From NCBI RefSeq assembly GCF_000143415.4, contig NW_003314314.1, positions 1,059,771 through 1,123,770 on the forward strand: 64,000 bases of DNA, written 5' to 3'. The notes beneath the pieces are model-generated. The model made no database searches, was not told the origin of the DNA, and saw only the letters and a list, made by a program, of their open reading frames with translations. Shown here one piece after another: positions 1-13,147 of the stretch. The stretch comes from Selaginella moellendorffii (lineage: Eukaryota > Plantae > Lycopodiophyta). Both the position numbers and the translations under genes were made by a program. Every line of letters begins with the position of its first letter. The stretch's first letter is position 1.

Positions 1-2436
1 CAAGCTTCGTCGAGAAGAGCAATGATACCCAGTGGTTTCTGAAAAGTTTGCATGTCATATCAGAAGCATGGACAAACTCAATGACCTTACTTTTTCAATA
101 AGGTCCAGAACATCTTGATTGTCAACAAAATCTATATAGCTCCAGTCTATTGCTTCCTTAGTGTATTCTTCTTGCTCCATTTTGAACACATGCTGCAGTC
201 AAAACAAACAATTAGCAGCTGTCTCAACTTCATAACGGCGTTAGTTCACCTGATTAAAATGCTGCTGTAATTTTTCATTAGCAAGATTGATGCAGAATTG
301 TTCAAAGCTGGTATGATGAGTTAAGTTAAAATGCTAATCTAATGCATTCAATAAGAAGAGCACCTGTTTGTTTTGAAACTTTCAAACCCATATATATCAA
401 GCACTCCAATCAGCGTCTTGGATTTGGAATCCTGGCCAATTGATTTGTTGACCTTCTCTACAAGCCTGCAGCAAATGCAAACATGTTAGCGTTAAGAAAA
501 TGCTACACGGGCGAGGAGATAATAGACCAATCAAATAGCCGTGCGTAGATAGTTTTTGCAAGAGTGTCACGGTTGACTGTTGCTGCCATGGGGTCGAGGG
601 TTTTGGTAATAGTTTCGTCCCGCGTTACTATAACACGCGTACATAATGAATCTCCAAGACCCTTTACGTCGCACCTGAAAATGTCCAAACTTAAATACTC
701 ACTATTGGATGGCAATACAGACCTGAGTAGCTCCGCCGCAGCTTCAAGATGAAACTTCGACTTGTCATCCTTGAGCTTGGAAGAGTCTGATTCCTTTCCG
801 TGAACAAATTCAACGTTTCCTAAGTGCAGGATGGACGCTACGACTCGGAAGATGGCTTCCTGAAACAACACCAATAAGAGAGTGCTCGATCCAAACCAGC
901 CATTCGAACCTGTTCGACAGGACTTATGCCAACAACATCCATAGCTCTCCTTGTTTTGGCGTAATCTCTGCTATTGCTGACCCCATTTAGATCATAACAG
1001 TTGCTTTGATTCAAGTAGTGGAAGGTTGTCGGATCGCCAAGTTTATACTTCTCAACATCCTGTAGAAAAGATTTTGTCAACAAACGCCACTGTCATCAAC
1101 AAAAAACGATAGTTTCAACCTCAGGTGACGCACAAAGCTGATAAAAACAGTGGTAATTCCTTTCAGGATCAGCAATCTGAACAACCCGGGATCTCTCCAG
1201 CAAGTATGTCCGGACAGCTGCTCCAGAGATTCTCCCGCTCTGGTCAAATTGAATCTCGACAAACTTGCCAAATCGACTACGAACATGAGCGAAGTTAGTA
1301 TTTGTCGATTATTGACATGGGGTGCCTACCTTGAATTGTCATTCCTAACAGTCTTGGCATTACCAAAAGCTTCGAGAAGCGGATTGGACTGTCGACGGTT
1401 AACAAAAGCATGAGAAAGTCGACACCACCAGCTAAAACAATTACCTCCAAAACTTGTTGCTCGACTGTTCTGCCATCCGTTGCAGCACGGCCACCCATGT
1501 AAGCAAGATACTGCATGATAAGCTTTGTCGTCTCTGTCTTCCCAGCCCCACTTTCTCCGCTTACGAGAATCGCCTGGCTCTTGTTCTCATTCAGCATGGC
1601 TCTAAAGTTTATGGGACTTGGCACGGAAGCATCATTAGAGTAGGGAAAAGGTACCTGAACGCCGAGTCAGCCACCGCAAAGACATGCGGACTTAGCTCCC
1701 CAAGAGGGGCACCCTTGTACTGCTCCATCATGTGAACATCGTAGAGATGCGGGAGCTTGGCAAATGGATTCACAGCAATGAGAATGTTTCCTGTGTACGT
1801 CTGCAGAAGCACAAAGATTTGTTACAGCTGTCTCTAAGACACAATGCTTTTGCATAACTCACGTAGATTTCGTCAAGCTCGTATCTGCTGGAAAGATTGT
1901 AAAGAACCCCAGGCTCGTGCAGGTATGCCAGCTTTGTCATGTCGTCCACTCCTCCAGGCTTTGTATCGGTATCTTTGGGGTGTGCATGGCCGACGTCTAC
2001 CGAGACCTGCAAACAGCGAGAGTGATCGGAAAGTTTGTTTCTTTTCTCCCTCCGTTTTGTAAAATCTTTCTCGCCTCACCGTGGTTCCAGAGCTCGTTCG
2101 AGCTGTGATCGTATTGCCGGAGATCCGCACCACTTCCGCGTCCACCCAAGCGAGCCGATCATCCTCGACCCATACTTGAGAGCCAACAGTGATGTTGGCA
2201 GCAGCCTGAAAAACAAACACACAGGATATTCACATGCACATTGCGGAGGAGTGACCTAGAGAGACACCAAAGGAGCCAAGACAATGTCAACAATGCCATT
2301 GCCAATGCTAATCCAAGCACGCAACCAGCTCGAAATTTTCCCAGTCGTGGATCTGCTACAGCTTCCACCCCTCGAAATCAATCAATCCGACAAGCAGGAA
2401 GCGATGGAATCCAATCAATCGCAGCAAACGTACCAT
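1..2436 (-). CDS. Class XI myosin, N-terminal part (SH3-like + motor domain); continues beyond window start
   Basis: Exons translate to [52 protein letters not shown]-loop [23 protein letters not shown] and short GT-AG introns. The first coding exon is just ATG (2436-2434) followed by a GT donor, as is typical of plant myosin XI. Confidence 0.95.
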
Positions 2437-3054
2437 TGCCGCAACAGCCTTAGCGAGCGACGCCTTGTTCTAGATCGATCGCTGCGCGGCGCATTCCCTC
2501 CGAATTGGCGACAGCATGCGCAGCACGCAGATCTGATCGCGGCCCGGCGCCTCGGCCCCCAAATCTTCCCTTCCCCCAAGCTCGCTAGGGCTCTTGCTCG
2601 CGAGAAGAGAGTTACTGCTATGCTATTTTACTCGGTCACTGGCAGGGAAACGAGGGCTTTGCTTTGGGGGGCTTTTCGGCCTTTTGAATAAAGGAAGAAA
2701 AACAAAAACGAGGGCTTCTTCTTTTCTCCCTTTGGAAGATTTTGGCCCTCTTTCTTTCCCTCTTTCTTTCTCGGCAGCGCAGCGATCGCCACCGGCGGAA
2801 TGGAATGGATCATCCGCGGAAGACCGCTTGAATCGATTTCTTGGATTGTAACGCGCGCATCACTGTTGCTGTAGCTCCCCCATCGGTCTCTTCATTACTT
2901 ACGCCACTAACAACAAGATCTAGGAGGCATCGTACAGCTACTTAGCGGCGTGGTGTGTGGCCTTGCGAGTCCCTTTCATCCAGAGGTAGGCGATCCATCC
3001 AGTCGGGGCTAGCGGCTTCTTGTGGCCTGGCTGGGCGTGTAGTTAATTTGGTAG

Positions 3055-5311
3055 ATGGGCGCGACGAGTTTGTTAGTGGGTTCTTCCGTTTGTGGCCCCT
3101 CGTCTCCGGCATTCTCTCGTCCCAGCTTCCATGACGCCAGGATTTCACGCGCGGCCGCCACGCTCGCCCGCGCAACTCCAAATTCCTGCCGCCCTCCCTG
3201 CCTCCATCCTCGACGCCTGCTGCTACTCAATGCCACTCCTGCCGATCGCAGCAGCAGTACTAGCACTAGCACGGATGATGATGAGCACCAAGGAGGAATC
3301 GCTGGCTACGAGGTGAGATTAAGTTTGCTGTAGAGTTTCTTTACTGTTTGTATTAATGCACAGGGATCACCGTCGGGAACTTGCGACCCTCTGTGCTCGG
3401 TGGATGACATGAGCTCGCTCGAGTATGAGGCCAACTACAAGCCCAAGACTGATCTGTTCAAGGCTTTCGCCATTGGTGCTGCTGTTCTTGCTGGCGTTGC
3501 GGTCATCAACCAGTCTTGGGTGGCAGAAAATCAGGTCGCTAACTCTACTCTTTTTTTCTTTTTTTTTTTCTGATCCATGGCTGCTGTGCAGAATTTAGCC
3601 CTGGTGATTGTTTTCGTAGCAGGCTACGCGGGAATAGTTTTTGAGGAGTCTCTTGCATTTAACAAGAGCGGAGTTGGCCTGTTGATGGCTGTTACATTGT
3701 GGGTGATAAGAAGCCTCGGGGTAAGCTCGGCTCGGAGAATCCGCACTACACTTCCTAGTTCCCGTTTCTCGTTTCTTCCAGGCCGACTCCCCCGACGTCG
3801 CTGCGGAGGAGCTCTCAAAGTCGTCCGAGGAAGTTAGCGAGCTCGTCTTTTTTCTTTTGGGAGCAATGACGATCGTGGAGCTCGTCGACGCGCACCAAGG
3901 CTTCAAGCTTGTCACAGATTCCATAAGCACACGGAACCCGCGCACACTCTTCTGGGTGGTAAGCGTTTCCATCGTGGTGAAAGCTTTGTTCAAGAGTTTC
4001 TCAAGCAGACACAGCTATCATGTCTCAGATAGGCATTATCACCTTCTTCTTGAGCTCCATCCTGGACAATCTCACGTCAACTATTGTGATGGTATCCCTC
4101 TTGCGCAAACTCGTCCCCGACCCGGAGCAAAGGAAGTACGTAAACTTCCAGACTTTTTTCACCGCACTAAATCCTGCTCGTTTGCAGGCTACTCGGCGCC
4201 GTAGTTGTCATTGCTGCGAATGCAGGTGGTGCCTGGACGCCTATTGGTGATGTTACGACCACCATGCTTTGGATCCATGGACAGATCTCAACAGTGAAAA
4301 CGATGCAGGTACAGCTGTGTAGCTCTTTGCTGCTGACTGATACATGGTATTGACTCAGGGTTTATTCATTCCGTCGGCTGTATCTCTAGCTGTTCCCTTG
4401 CTCTTGATGTCTGTTTCGAGGTAACCGACCCAGGTTCATGTTGCAACGTTCTAAACTCTCGTGCGTTTGTTTTGCAGCGAGGAATTTCGCAAAGAAGCAC
4501 CTCCGGAGCCAGTCATGTCTAGCGAGCAAATGGCTCCTCGAGGGAAGCTTGTCCTCGCGGTAGGAGTGGGAGCTTTACTTTTCGTGCCCGTGTTCAAAGC
4601 ACTCACGGGCTTACCACCTTACGTCGGGATGCTCTTCGGACTGGGAGTCCTCTGGATTCTGACGGATGCCATTCACTATGGTGACGAGAATCGCCAGAAG
4701 CTTAAAGTGCCGCAGGCACTGTCGCGAATTGACACTCAAGGCGTCCTGTTCTTCCTGGGAATCCTTCTATCCGTGGGAAGGTCTGTGAAACTTTCGCTCC
4801 TCATTAGAAGCTCACACCCCTTTCTTGTTTCCGGCACAGCTTGCAATCCGCTGGTGTTCTCCAAGACCTGGCGACGTTCCTAAACTCCCACATCCCGGGA
4901 GTGGAACTCATTGCTACTGCCATCGGTTTTGCATCAGCCATCATCGACAACGTTCCACTGGTTGCAGCCACCATGGGAATGTACGACGTGTCCTCGTATC
5001 CCATGGACTCGGAGCTGTGGCAGCTCATCGCTTTCTGCGCCGGGACTGGCGGTTCACTGCTCATCATCGGCTCCGCAGCTGGCGTTGCTTTCATGGGGAT
5101 GGAAAAGGCTGACTTCTTCTGGTACTTTAAGAAGGTGAGATCTCCTCTTTCTCGCGTTTCCATTCGGCTCAACTTCGTTTTTTTTTTTGTCCAGGTGAGT
5201 GGCTATGCGCTCGCTGGCTACGTTGCAGGCATCGCCGCCTACTTGGCCGTCAACCATCAACCCGTGGCAATGCTCAGTTCCGCCATTCAAGACGTACCAG
5301 CGATCATGTAA
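3055..5311 (+). CDS. NHD1: NhaD-type Na+/H+ antiporter, plastid envelope NHD1-like, multi-exon
   Basis: GYAGIVFEESLAFNKSGVGLLMAV, LGAMTIVELVDAHQGF, LSSILDNLTSTIVM, SAIIDNVPLVAATMGMYD, FCAGTGGSLLIIGSAAGVAFMG; Ser/Arg/Ala-rich N-terminus resembles a transit peptide. Confidence 0.93.
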
Positions 5312-5340
5312 AAGCTTACGAAACTTTGATACAGACACAT

Positions 5341-6379
5341 TTAAGCGACAGGCTTGAGTTTCTTCCGAGCCAGATACCGTTGCCTCGCTTCCTCTTCTTT
5401 CCGTTTCCTGGATTCTTCCGCGCTCTCCTGCTGCTGCTGCTGCTCCTGCTGCTCTTGTCCTTCGACGGATGGCTCTTGCGTTTGCAGTTCTTCCTTGTCA
5501 GTGTCTTTTGAGACTGGTTCCTCCTTGTTTCCTGGAGTTTGGTCTGCAGCCTCTGTGGTGTTGTTCGGAGATGCATTCTCGGACGCCGAGCGTTGATCTT
5601 GGCTTTCAGCTCTATCTGCGCGTTGAGAGCTTTCAGCATTACGGTGGGATCCGCCGCCACCAAACGCAACGTTCCTGGACAGGTTCCTGTAGAAGTCGCT
5701 GAGGTCGTCACGCTTGGTGACCTGGAAGTTACTGTCAAATAAGAACATCGCAGAATCGATAAACATACCTCCTCCACAGTTTCCTTAAGCTCTCTCATGC
5801 GCTCTTCTGCCAACCATTTCTCTTGCTCTGCGAGCTTCTTCTTGTATGCGGAGGTCACGAATTTTTCTTTGTCACCATACAAATGATCCTCCTTTGCTCG
5901 TTCCTTGGCTAGCTGCTTCTCGTAGATTATGTCGTGCTCCCGTTCCCGGAGCTTAGCCTTCTCGATCAAGTGCGGAATGTATTTGGACTGAAGCACAAGT
6001 AGAAGATAAGAAAACCGGCATAGGATTAGAATCAAACTCCATACCTCACGCTTCACAGCTCGTTGTGCCGGACGAGCTTGGCTCGACTTCATACTATCAT
6101 AAACTCCATCGTAGTCGAAAGCACTTGGGTCCTGTTCTAAAGCCTGCTTCTGCTGCTTCTCCGCCTGTTCGATCCCACACAGAGTAAAAAGCCAAAATTC
6201 CTCATGAAGTGCTACATTCGTACCTCTCGAATGCTCCTCTGCTTGGCAGCCTGGCGGGCAATCTCCCGCTCGACATTATCGTCGTCGTCGTCGTCGTTGA
6301 AGACTGCTGGAACCGATTTGGCCACCGCCGGCTTGGCCAGCGTCTTGGCTCCACGCAGCTGGAGACCATACTTCGACAT
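5341..6379 (-). CDS. Nuclear speckle splicing regulatory protein 1 / CCDC55-like coiled-coil protein
   Basis: Starts MSKYGLQL...VFNDDDDD; contains DPSAFDYDGVYDSMK, SKYIPHLIEKAKLRERE, DKEKFVTSAYKKKL, DLSDFYRNL and ends ARQRYLARK. Confidence 0.85.
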
Positions 6380-6416
6380 ACCCTAAATCTCAGGAACCCT
6401 AAAACAGGGGCCGGCC

Positions 6417-8006
6417 TTAAATTTGCTTGCTCTCTTTGCACAGAGTTGTGGACACTACCACCCCTGTCGTGTCGTAAGTCCGAATGATTCGTCGCCGCTG
6501 GTTGGGCGACTCGATCCACGCAAACTCGAGGAAGAAGGAGCGACTCTTCTTAACGCAATTCCCGACACTGATGGGAGCAGTGATGCACATTCCACCGGGA
6601 AGGAGAGTCGACTGTAAACCATCTGTGAATCTCACCAAGTTACCCGACGCCATGCCTTTGACTGTCAGGTTCGTCTGCTTATTCGTTGCCCCGGCCTCTG
6701 AATTCGAGCTGCTGGAGCTCGAGATTGTCTGAAAGCTTTCGTTGGGAAAAAAAAGAAAGCGAACTCATCTCCATCTTACCTGCGTGATCTCGCTCTTGTC
6801 ATTCATGTCAACTCGAAAGTCCAAGTACTCCTCAGCGATTGTGGAACCATACATTCCTGTTCTTTGGGTGACTGCGCGGCCAGACCATACTCCAACCAAA
6901 GGATCCAAGCCCGTGCAATCGTTCTGTGCACCAAACCAGATCAATACTCGTGCAGAAAAGGAGGAAATGATTTGCTCACCCGCATGGATTCCGGAGCTTC
7001 GCCGTCTTTGTTCTCGTGGAACACACCGATCATGTCGAGCAGGCCTTGAGGATTCAAGACGTGGAATGCACGAACTCGGCTGTTCCCAGTAGCCGAGAAC
7101 ATACAGCTCTCGTTAACCAGAGCTGGCCTCCGACATGGAAGCTTGACACCCCTGCACGGATTTAACAAAGACTTAGTCACTTCCATCACTTATCGAGAGA
7201 ACTTACGGGAAATAATCTTGTTCCTCGTCGTCATTCTCTCCAAGTACTCCAGCTCTCAGCACCACGTCCAGCACCTTGGCAGTCAAATGCGACAGACAGT
7301 ATGCTTTCTCGTCGCCAAAGTATCCAACCTGTGATCCAAACAAGCCTCTAGTTTACTCAGCACTTTCAAGCCTTGAGCTTACCCGGTGGCGCTGGTTGAT
7401 TGTCACCGAATCTAAATCTGCAAGATTGAATTCAAGCCATTGTACATCCTCAGCATCCCCAGAGAACGATGTCGACGACTCTGCTTGCTTCACGCAAAGA
7501 CTAGAAAAGCAAAGATAATAAACGATAAGTTCATGAGCAATTGGGCCATAGCCATGGCGCTTACGTTTGGTAGAGAGCAAGGTGCTCCCCTTTGCCGTAA
7601 ACATTCGCTTTCAGCTTGATGGGAATGCACGCTAGCACCTTGCCGAGACAGTCGTATTGCTACTGCCCAACAATTAAAAATTTAGAGCTGAAACAAAAAG
7701 CAACCATACCGTGAATGTGCCACTCCAAGACCCGCGATTTAGCTCGATATACTGCTCCAGCCTTTCAAACGCCTTCTTATCGTCATCGTCATCTTCATTT
7801 TCCTCATCGTCGTTTGGCTTCGGTTCTGCTGTAGACTCCGCTGCATTACTGCTGCAATGCACAAGCACTGGTGAGCGCTTCGGCCTCCAAACGACTGACC
7901 ACTCTACTCTACGAAGAAAGACGGCTCTACTGCCCCTGGTTCGGAAAGAATGGTTAAGAGCACGAGATGGCAGCAAGCATACACATGAGGATGTTGCTAC
8001 TGCCAT
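6417..8006 (-). CDS. Probably plastid-targeted DUF3598-family protein, multi-exon
   Basis: Transit-peptide-like N-terminus, then LNRGSWSGTFT, GVKLPCRRPALVNESCMF, and C-terminal LLPGGMCITAP...FFLEFAWIESPNQRRRIIRTYD; spliceable short introns. Confidence 0.7.
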
Positions 8007-8092
8007 GCCGGTATTGAAACAAAGCCTTGGTACCTAGCAACTTATGACCACAAATGCAATTACATTACCAAACACGGCATATGTTCTTACGC

Positions 8093-11000
8093 TCAGGAAG
8101 AAGCTCTTGGAAGAACAAGGAGCTCGTCGCCCGCCACCCAAGCTAGCTTCTCCGACTTGTTGGGAGGATTCGTCACCCACTGGTTCCCATTAGCTGCGCA
8201 TTTATGAGCAACTATAATCTCCCCTTTCTGGACCGCTCGAGCTTGCAGTTCCCAGAAAGTGAGTTTCTCTGATTCGACATCGTCCTGGAGGTAGCTCGTC
8301 ACCTGCTGTAGCACCATTGTGTTCTGCGAATCCCCCACGACCTTGTCCAGGACGGATCCCACGTCCACGTCCTCGGCAAGGTTGGCAAGAACCATGGCTT
8401 GAAGGTAATCTGGATCGACTGTATCGTCCAACCACGCACCATGCACTTCCTGGAGTGCAGTATCTTCCAACGTCGGTAACTCGGCCACAATTGTCGAGTC
8501 CTTTCGGCCTCTTTCAATCTGATTCCACACAAAGACAGAAAAAGAAAACTGAGCTAGCTGAATAAGAAGGATAACACCAAACCTGTATATGGCGGATGAA
8601 CATCGCGGTTACTGCCGTGTTATTGAGATCCGGACCCTTGTCTTCATCCATCAATATTATAACTTTGTCAAAAGCTTCTACCGGCAACTCTTTAAGAACT
8701 TTAAGAGACAATGGATCTCCGTATACTGAGAGAGAGGCATGTTAGAGACAAAGTGGATCTCAGATGGGCTTACTATGTCGAATGCTAGCATGTTTCAGCT
8801 TGAAATCGTCCTCAAGCAGCTCCTGCGGTTTTACAATTGAGAGGACAGTGACTTGACTCCCTGCACAACAAAGCCTCCATTTTTATACATAGGCTTTAAA
8901 ACAAAAGTCTTACCTCTTGAAACAGACGAATCTATCAGATGCAGCACGTCGTCAAGGTCGTTTCTCCATCCAACAATAAGCACGTTGAGACTCGGCTTCT
9001 TGTGGCTGGTCTTTGTAGTCAAGCTCGGTACATGGGGAGGCACGTACAATGTTGCAGCAGGCTTGTAGCTTTCATCGTTCTCTGAAATCACCAGCAACCT
9101 ATCACCTTCCTTCACACATTTTAGATGATTAGCATCAAAAACATCCAGCGCAGATCCAACCTCGATGACAGTTCCTGGTGGAGGATTTACAAGTGTACAG
9201 CTCTGGCCAGACGGAAGTGTCTTCCTCAAACCGCAAGGGATAGCATCCGGAAATAGAAAAATCATTTCTGAAAATTTCCTCCCCACGAGCTCCGGCCTAC
9301 AGACAAGTTTGTGAACCGCAAAAAAGTATTCCAAGCACAGTACCAATATTTAAGACGGAATTCGCAACCTTCAAACTGTAAAAGCTCTTTCAAAACTTCT
9401 ACAGTTCCTGGTTCAAGTGCCCGTTTCACCATTATTCGTAAAGCCATGTCACCCGTAGCAACCGGCACCATTTTCCGTCGTCTGCGCAACCATACTTTCA
9501 GATGGCAGTTAGAGCTCTGTAATCAGCTTAAATACCTCATGTAAGGGCTCGTAGATGCTTTCAGCATTTTAGACTGGCCGAAAGGAAGAAGGGTGCCAAT
9601 AATTCCTTGCAATTCAGACACATGATCAAGTTCTGCCAGTTCTGCAATAATGTCAGCACGTATCTCTGGAGAGTTTGCAAGTAAAGTGCATGTCTGGATA
9701 ACCTGCATTGCAGTAAACGTTTTCAACGAAATATACTTGAAGCTTGCAAAATACTTACAATAGCATCTGCCTTTAGCGGGCTCAATGCGGGTGACAAAAC
9801 GACAATGGTTCTCGCCAAGGATGCAGAGCATAGCTTTAAATCATCTATCGATGTAGCAGATCCACTCCTGGTAACCACCTGATGTGAAAGAAATCAGGAG
9901 AAATTGTCAAATACAATAACTAGAAGCTCACTTTCGTCCCGAACCGATCAGGCAGAGGAAGGTTCTGCTTTAAATTACCATCCATCTCCTCTTTTGGAGC
10001 ATCTCCTAAAATGACGATGCTTCTCTTGTTTCCCCGAGTTTTATTTGCTATCGCGAGCTCCTTCACTAGTGGTATTGTTTTCTTCGTCCATCCTAGAATC
10101 GTTAAAGCTTGTTAAAGTAGACAGTAAACGTAATAGGCTTGACTCACCGATAATCAGCGTGTGGTTCTCCTCAAGTACTCTACTCTCTCCTTTACTCAAC
10201 TGGTCCACTTTACTGGCAACGGCATCGGTCATCAGCCCGACCAGCAGCGCGAAGAAAAACATTCCCCCTATGCTGATCGGAACCGCGACAAGTCTCTTAC
10301 GGAAGGTGTCCTGAGTGCACTAAAGAGTGAGGAACAACGCACGCAAGCCGAAAGCAAACGTTGTCACCTCACTCGCATGAGCACCGGAGTCTGCAATGAA
10401 CGTCCAGGCCGTCCACAATGACTCTGGCAAGTCCTTGGATCTCTGTGGAATTGCAAATTGGAAATAGAGAAAACCTGCACACTAAAACATTATCTCCAAC
10501 TAGAAGACATCTAACTTGTCATGCATACCACCGAGAGCCGTCATGAGCGCGCATATGGCAATGAGCATGATGGCCTAGCTACAAAGAAAGACGCTGCGTT
10601 AGCACGAAAACAGCGAGGTTAACGAGATTTTTTAAAGAGTCTCACCTTTCCAGCCGGTTTCGTGGCGAAGAAATAATCCAGCGCGTACATGGCTTTGTCT
10701 TTCAGCGTAGCAATCTGATTTGGAGCTTGAACAGGCGCCGTAGTAATCACTATCTGTTCTTGGCAAGGATCTGTGTCATACATGCTAATGCGATGAAAAG
10801 CAAGCCTACCTCCGCTGTAGCAGCATAAGCCAGGTGGTCCCTTGTCTTGATACGGCCCGGAAATCCGAGAGCTCCCATGGCGACACCCAACGAAATGCAT
10901 GCTAGTAGCTTAGTGAATCGAGTTCCCTTTTGACAATAGAAGAAAGAAAATATAACAAGAAGCAAAGTTGCGGTAGAAGAGAGCTACCTTGTAGTTTGAT

Positions 11001-11200
11001 GTCTTGTCTTGCTTGCACAGGACCAGCAAATCCGCCTGAGAGACACGCGCCGGTGAAGACGCTCGCTGCCTGTGGACGAGAGTGAGAATTGGAGGCTGCG
11101 GCAGCAACCTACATTGCTGCAGCTGCCCGCCGCGTGGCGTGCACAGCGGCACAACGCTGCAAACGCGGCCAGACATAGATGCCCTAAATTTGCCTCGCAT
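8093..11200 (-). CDS. CASTOR/POLLUX/DMI1-like cation channel with RCK domains, multi-exon
   Basis: Pore region SLWTAWTFIADSGAHA followed by RLVAVPISIGGMFFFALLVGLMTDAVASKVDQLSKGESRVLEENHTLIIGW; RCK-like FPDAIPCG...VNPP, VLIVGWRND; C-terminal VTNPPNKSEKLAW. Confidence 0.85.
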
Positions 11201-11307
11201 CCATCCCCTCTCTTGTGATCAGTTTCAAGTACGCGCACTGGAGGGACGAAGTCTTCCAAAAACTTAAAATACGGTATACAATTATGAAAACTGCGGCTGT
11301 ACACGTC

Positions 11308-11340
11308 ACGTCGTCGTCGTCGTCGTCGTCGTCATCGTCG
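11308..11340. repeat. (GTC)n trinucleotide microsatellite
   Basis: Directly visible run of about ten gtc units. Confidence 0.9.
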
Positions 11341-11392
11341 CGGATGAATCATACTACCTAGAACAAACTCGTCGCGGTCGCTGGAGGCCTAC

Positions 11393-12919
11393 TTAGAAAA
11401 GCAAGAAGAGAAACGCCAGGGAGGCGGCGGCCAACAGTGACGATGCCGCCGACAACCCGGGAGGAGGAGACGCGGCCGTCACAATCCCAATCTTAAACTT
11501 GCAATCCCCTTGCGACGGATCCACGTCCGTGACTTTGCCGAGGCCATCGAAGTAGCAGCTGTTCCCCATCTGGCCCTTGAGCTGGTAGTAGCTGTTGAAG
11601 GCATACGACGCATTGCCGTCGCCGCCGATGCCATTGCAGGAGCCGCCATACATGAGCGCCGTGCAGTCGGCGTACATGCAAGCGTAGGCCACATTGTCGC
11701 CCAGCCGCGTCCTGTCCGCCGCCGGATCCAAAACACACCACTTGCGCGGCAAGTAGTCCACGCCGGGAGCATTCACCAGGCTCGCGATGGATCCGCTCCC
11801 GCTCAGGTCCAACTGGTACTTGGCCTGGCCATCGAAAGTGTAGATCCCCCAGTGCCGCTCAAAGTTCCCCGGCGCGATGCTCTTCTGGTCCTCGTCCGTG
11901 AGCGAGAAGAGGTACACGTCCAGCGGCCGCGGGGACAGCGGAGTCCCGCGGCCGACGTGCGTGGCCAGGCCGCGGTAGAACCTCTGCGCGCTGGCCATGT
12001 TGGCATTCGGATCGCCATCCGTCGGCCACCCCACCTCCCCGACCAGAATGCCGACGTTGCCGAACCCGTTCTTGCGCAGCGCCGATACCAGGAGATCATA
12101 CGACGCGTCGAAGACGTTGGTGTAGGAAAGAGCGCCGTCGACTGTCGGTGGCACGGCCCCGTCGAAGAAGGCGAACTCTCGCGGGAAGTTTGCATCCTGC
12201 TGCAGGCTGAGGAAGGGGTAGAGGTTGATGGTGAAGGGGCACTGGTTCTGATCGAGGAATGCCACCAGCTGGGACATGGTGTCCTGGATGTCGGGCCGGA
12301 AGATGCCCGCCGACGGGACGTTCACTCCGCCATTACTCAGCACGTCGGCGTTGAGCGGAACCGTGACCTTGATCTCGTCGGCCACCTTGTGCTTCACGAG
12401 CGCCTGGTGGATGTTCACCGCCGCCGGCAGAGTGGAGCTTATGAAGCTCCCGTTGTAAGCCGTGAGGAAAGGCTCGTTGCCCACCGCCACGTACCTGCGG
12501 CAAGGCAAGCAAGCAACAAAGATGTCAGCTCCAGCGCTTTTCGTCAGCTGCGAGCAAGAAAGGACTCACTTGATCTTGACGCCACCATCGATCAAGAAGC
12601 GGGTGACATTGCGCTTGACCCACCTCTCCGCGGCGTCGGTGCTAGTGGCCATCATTTCAAGCATGTCATTGGGGATTGCAACCATGACCTCGATGTCAGT
12701 ACCTGCGAATGCCCTCACCATTGCGAAATCCGCATCGAACAGCTTCACCCGGGTGATGTTGTTGGCCTTGAGCAGCCGCGCCACAACCTTTGGGGGCAAA
12801 AGGTGCGACGACATTGTGCCATAGTTCACCCCGAGCGCTGCCTCTGACACGCCCATCCACGCCGCCATCGCCACCATCGCCACCAATCCCAGCAGCAGCT
12901 GCTGGCCAAGAATCGCCAT
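11393..12919 (-). CDS. GH17 glucan endo-1,3-beta-glucosidase with X8 (CBM43) domain and probable GPI anchor; 2 exons
   Basis: Signal peptide, GVNYG, YVAVGNEPF, GEVGWPTDG, FERHWGIY, X8 WCVL...ACMYADCT...NASYAFNSYYQ, hydrophobic C-terminus; intron ~12495-12569. Confidence 0.95.
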
Positions 12920-13147
12920 CTTGGGCGCCTCACGCCACTTTCCCTTGGCTACCTAGCTGGGTATCGGGAAAGAGGGTCCCCTGTGGCACCGCCTCCTCTT
13001 TAGGTCAACCTCATGGTTTGAAAAACCCCCCGGAACGGTCGGCTGTGTCTGAAAACGTCAGGCTGACACGTGGATCCTTGTCACTTGCAAATTGGTTGCC
13101 CTTTTTCCTCAATCATCTTCTTCTTTAGTCCTAGCTGAGCCTTGATC

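Noticed and set aside
11510-12847. 445-aa plus-strand ORF, and similar long antisense ORFs over CYP78A, eIF4A and PPR
   Set aside because: Shadow ORFs caused by high GC at third codon positions of real genes on the opposite strand; no recognisable motifs.
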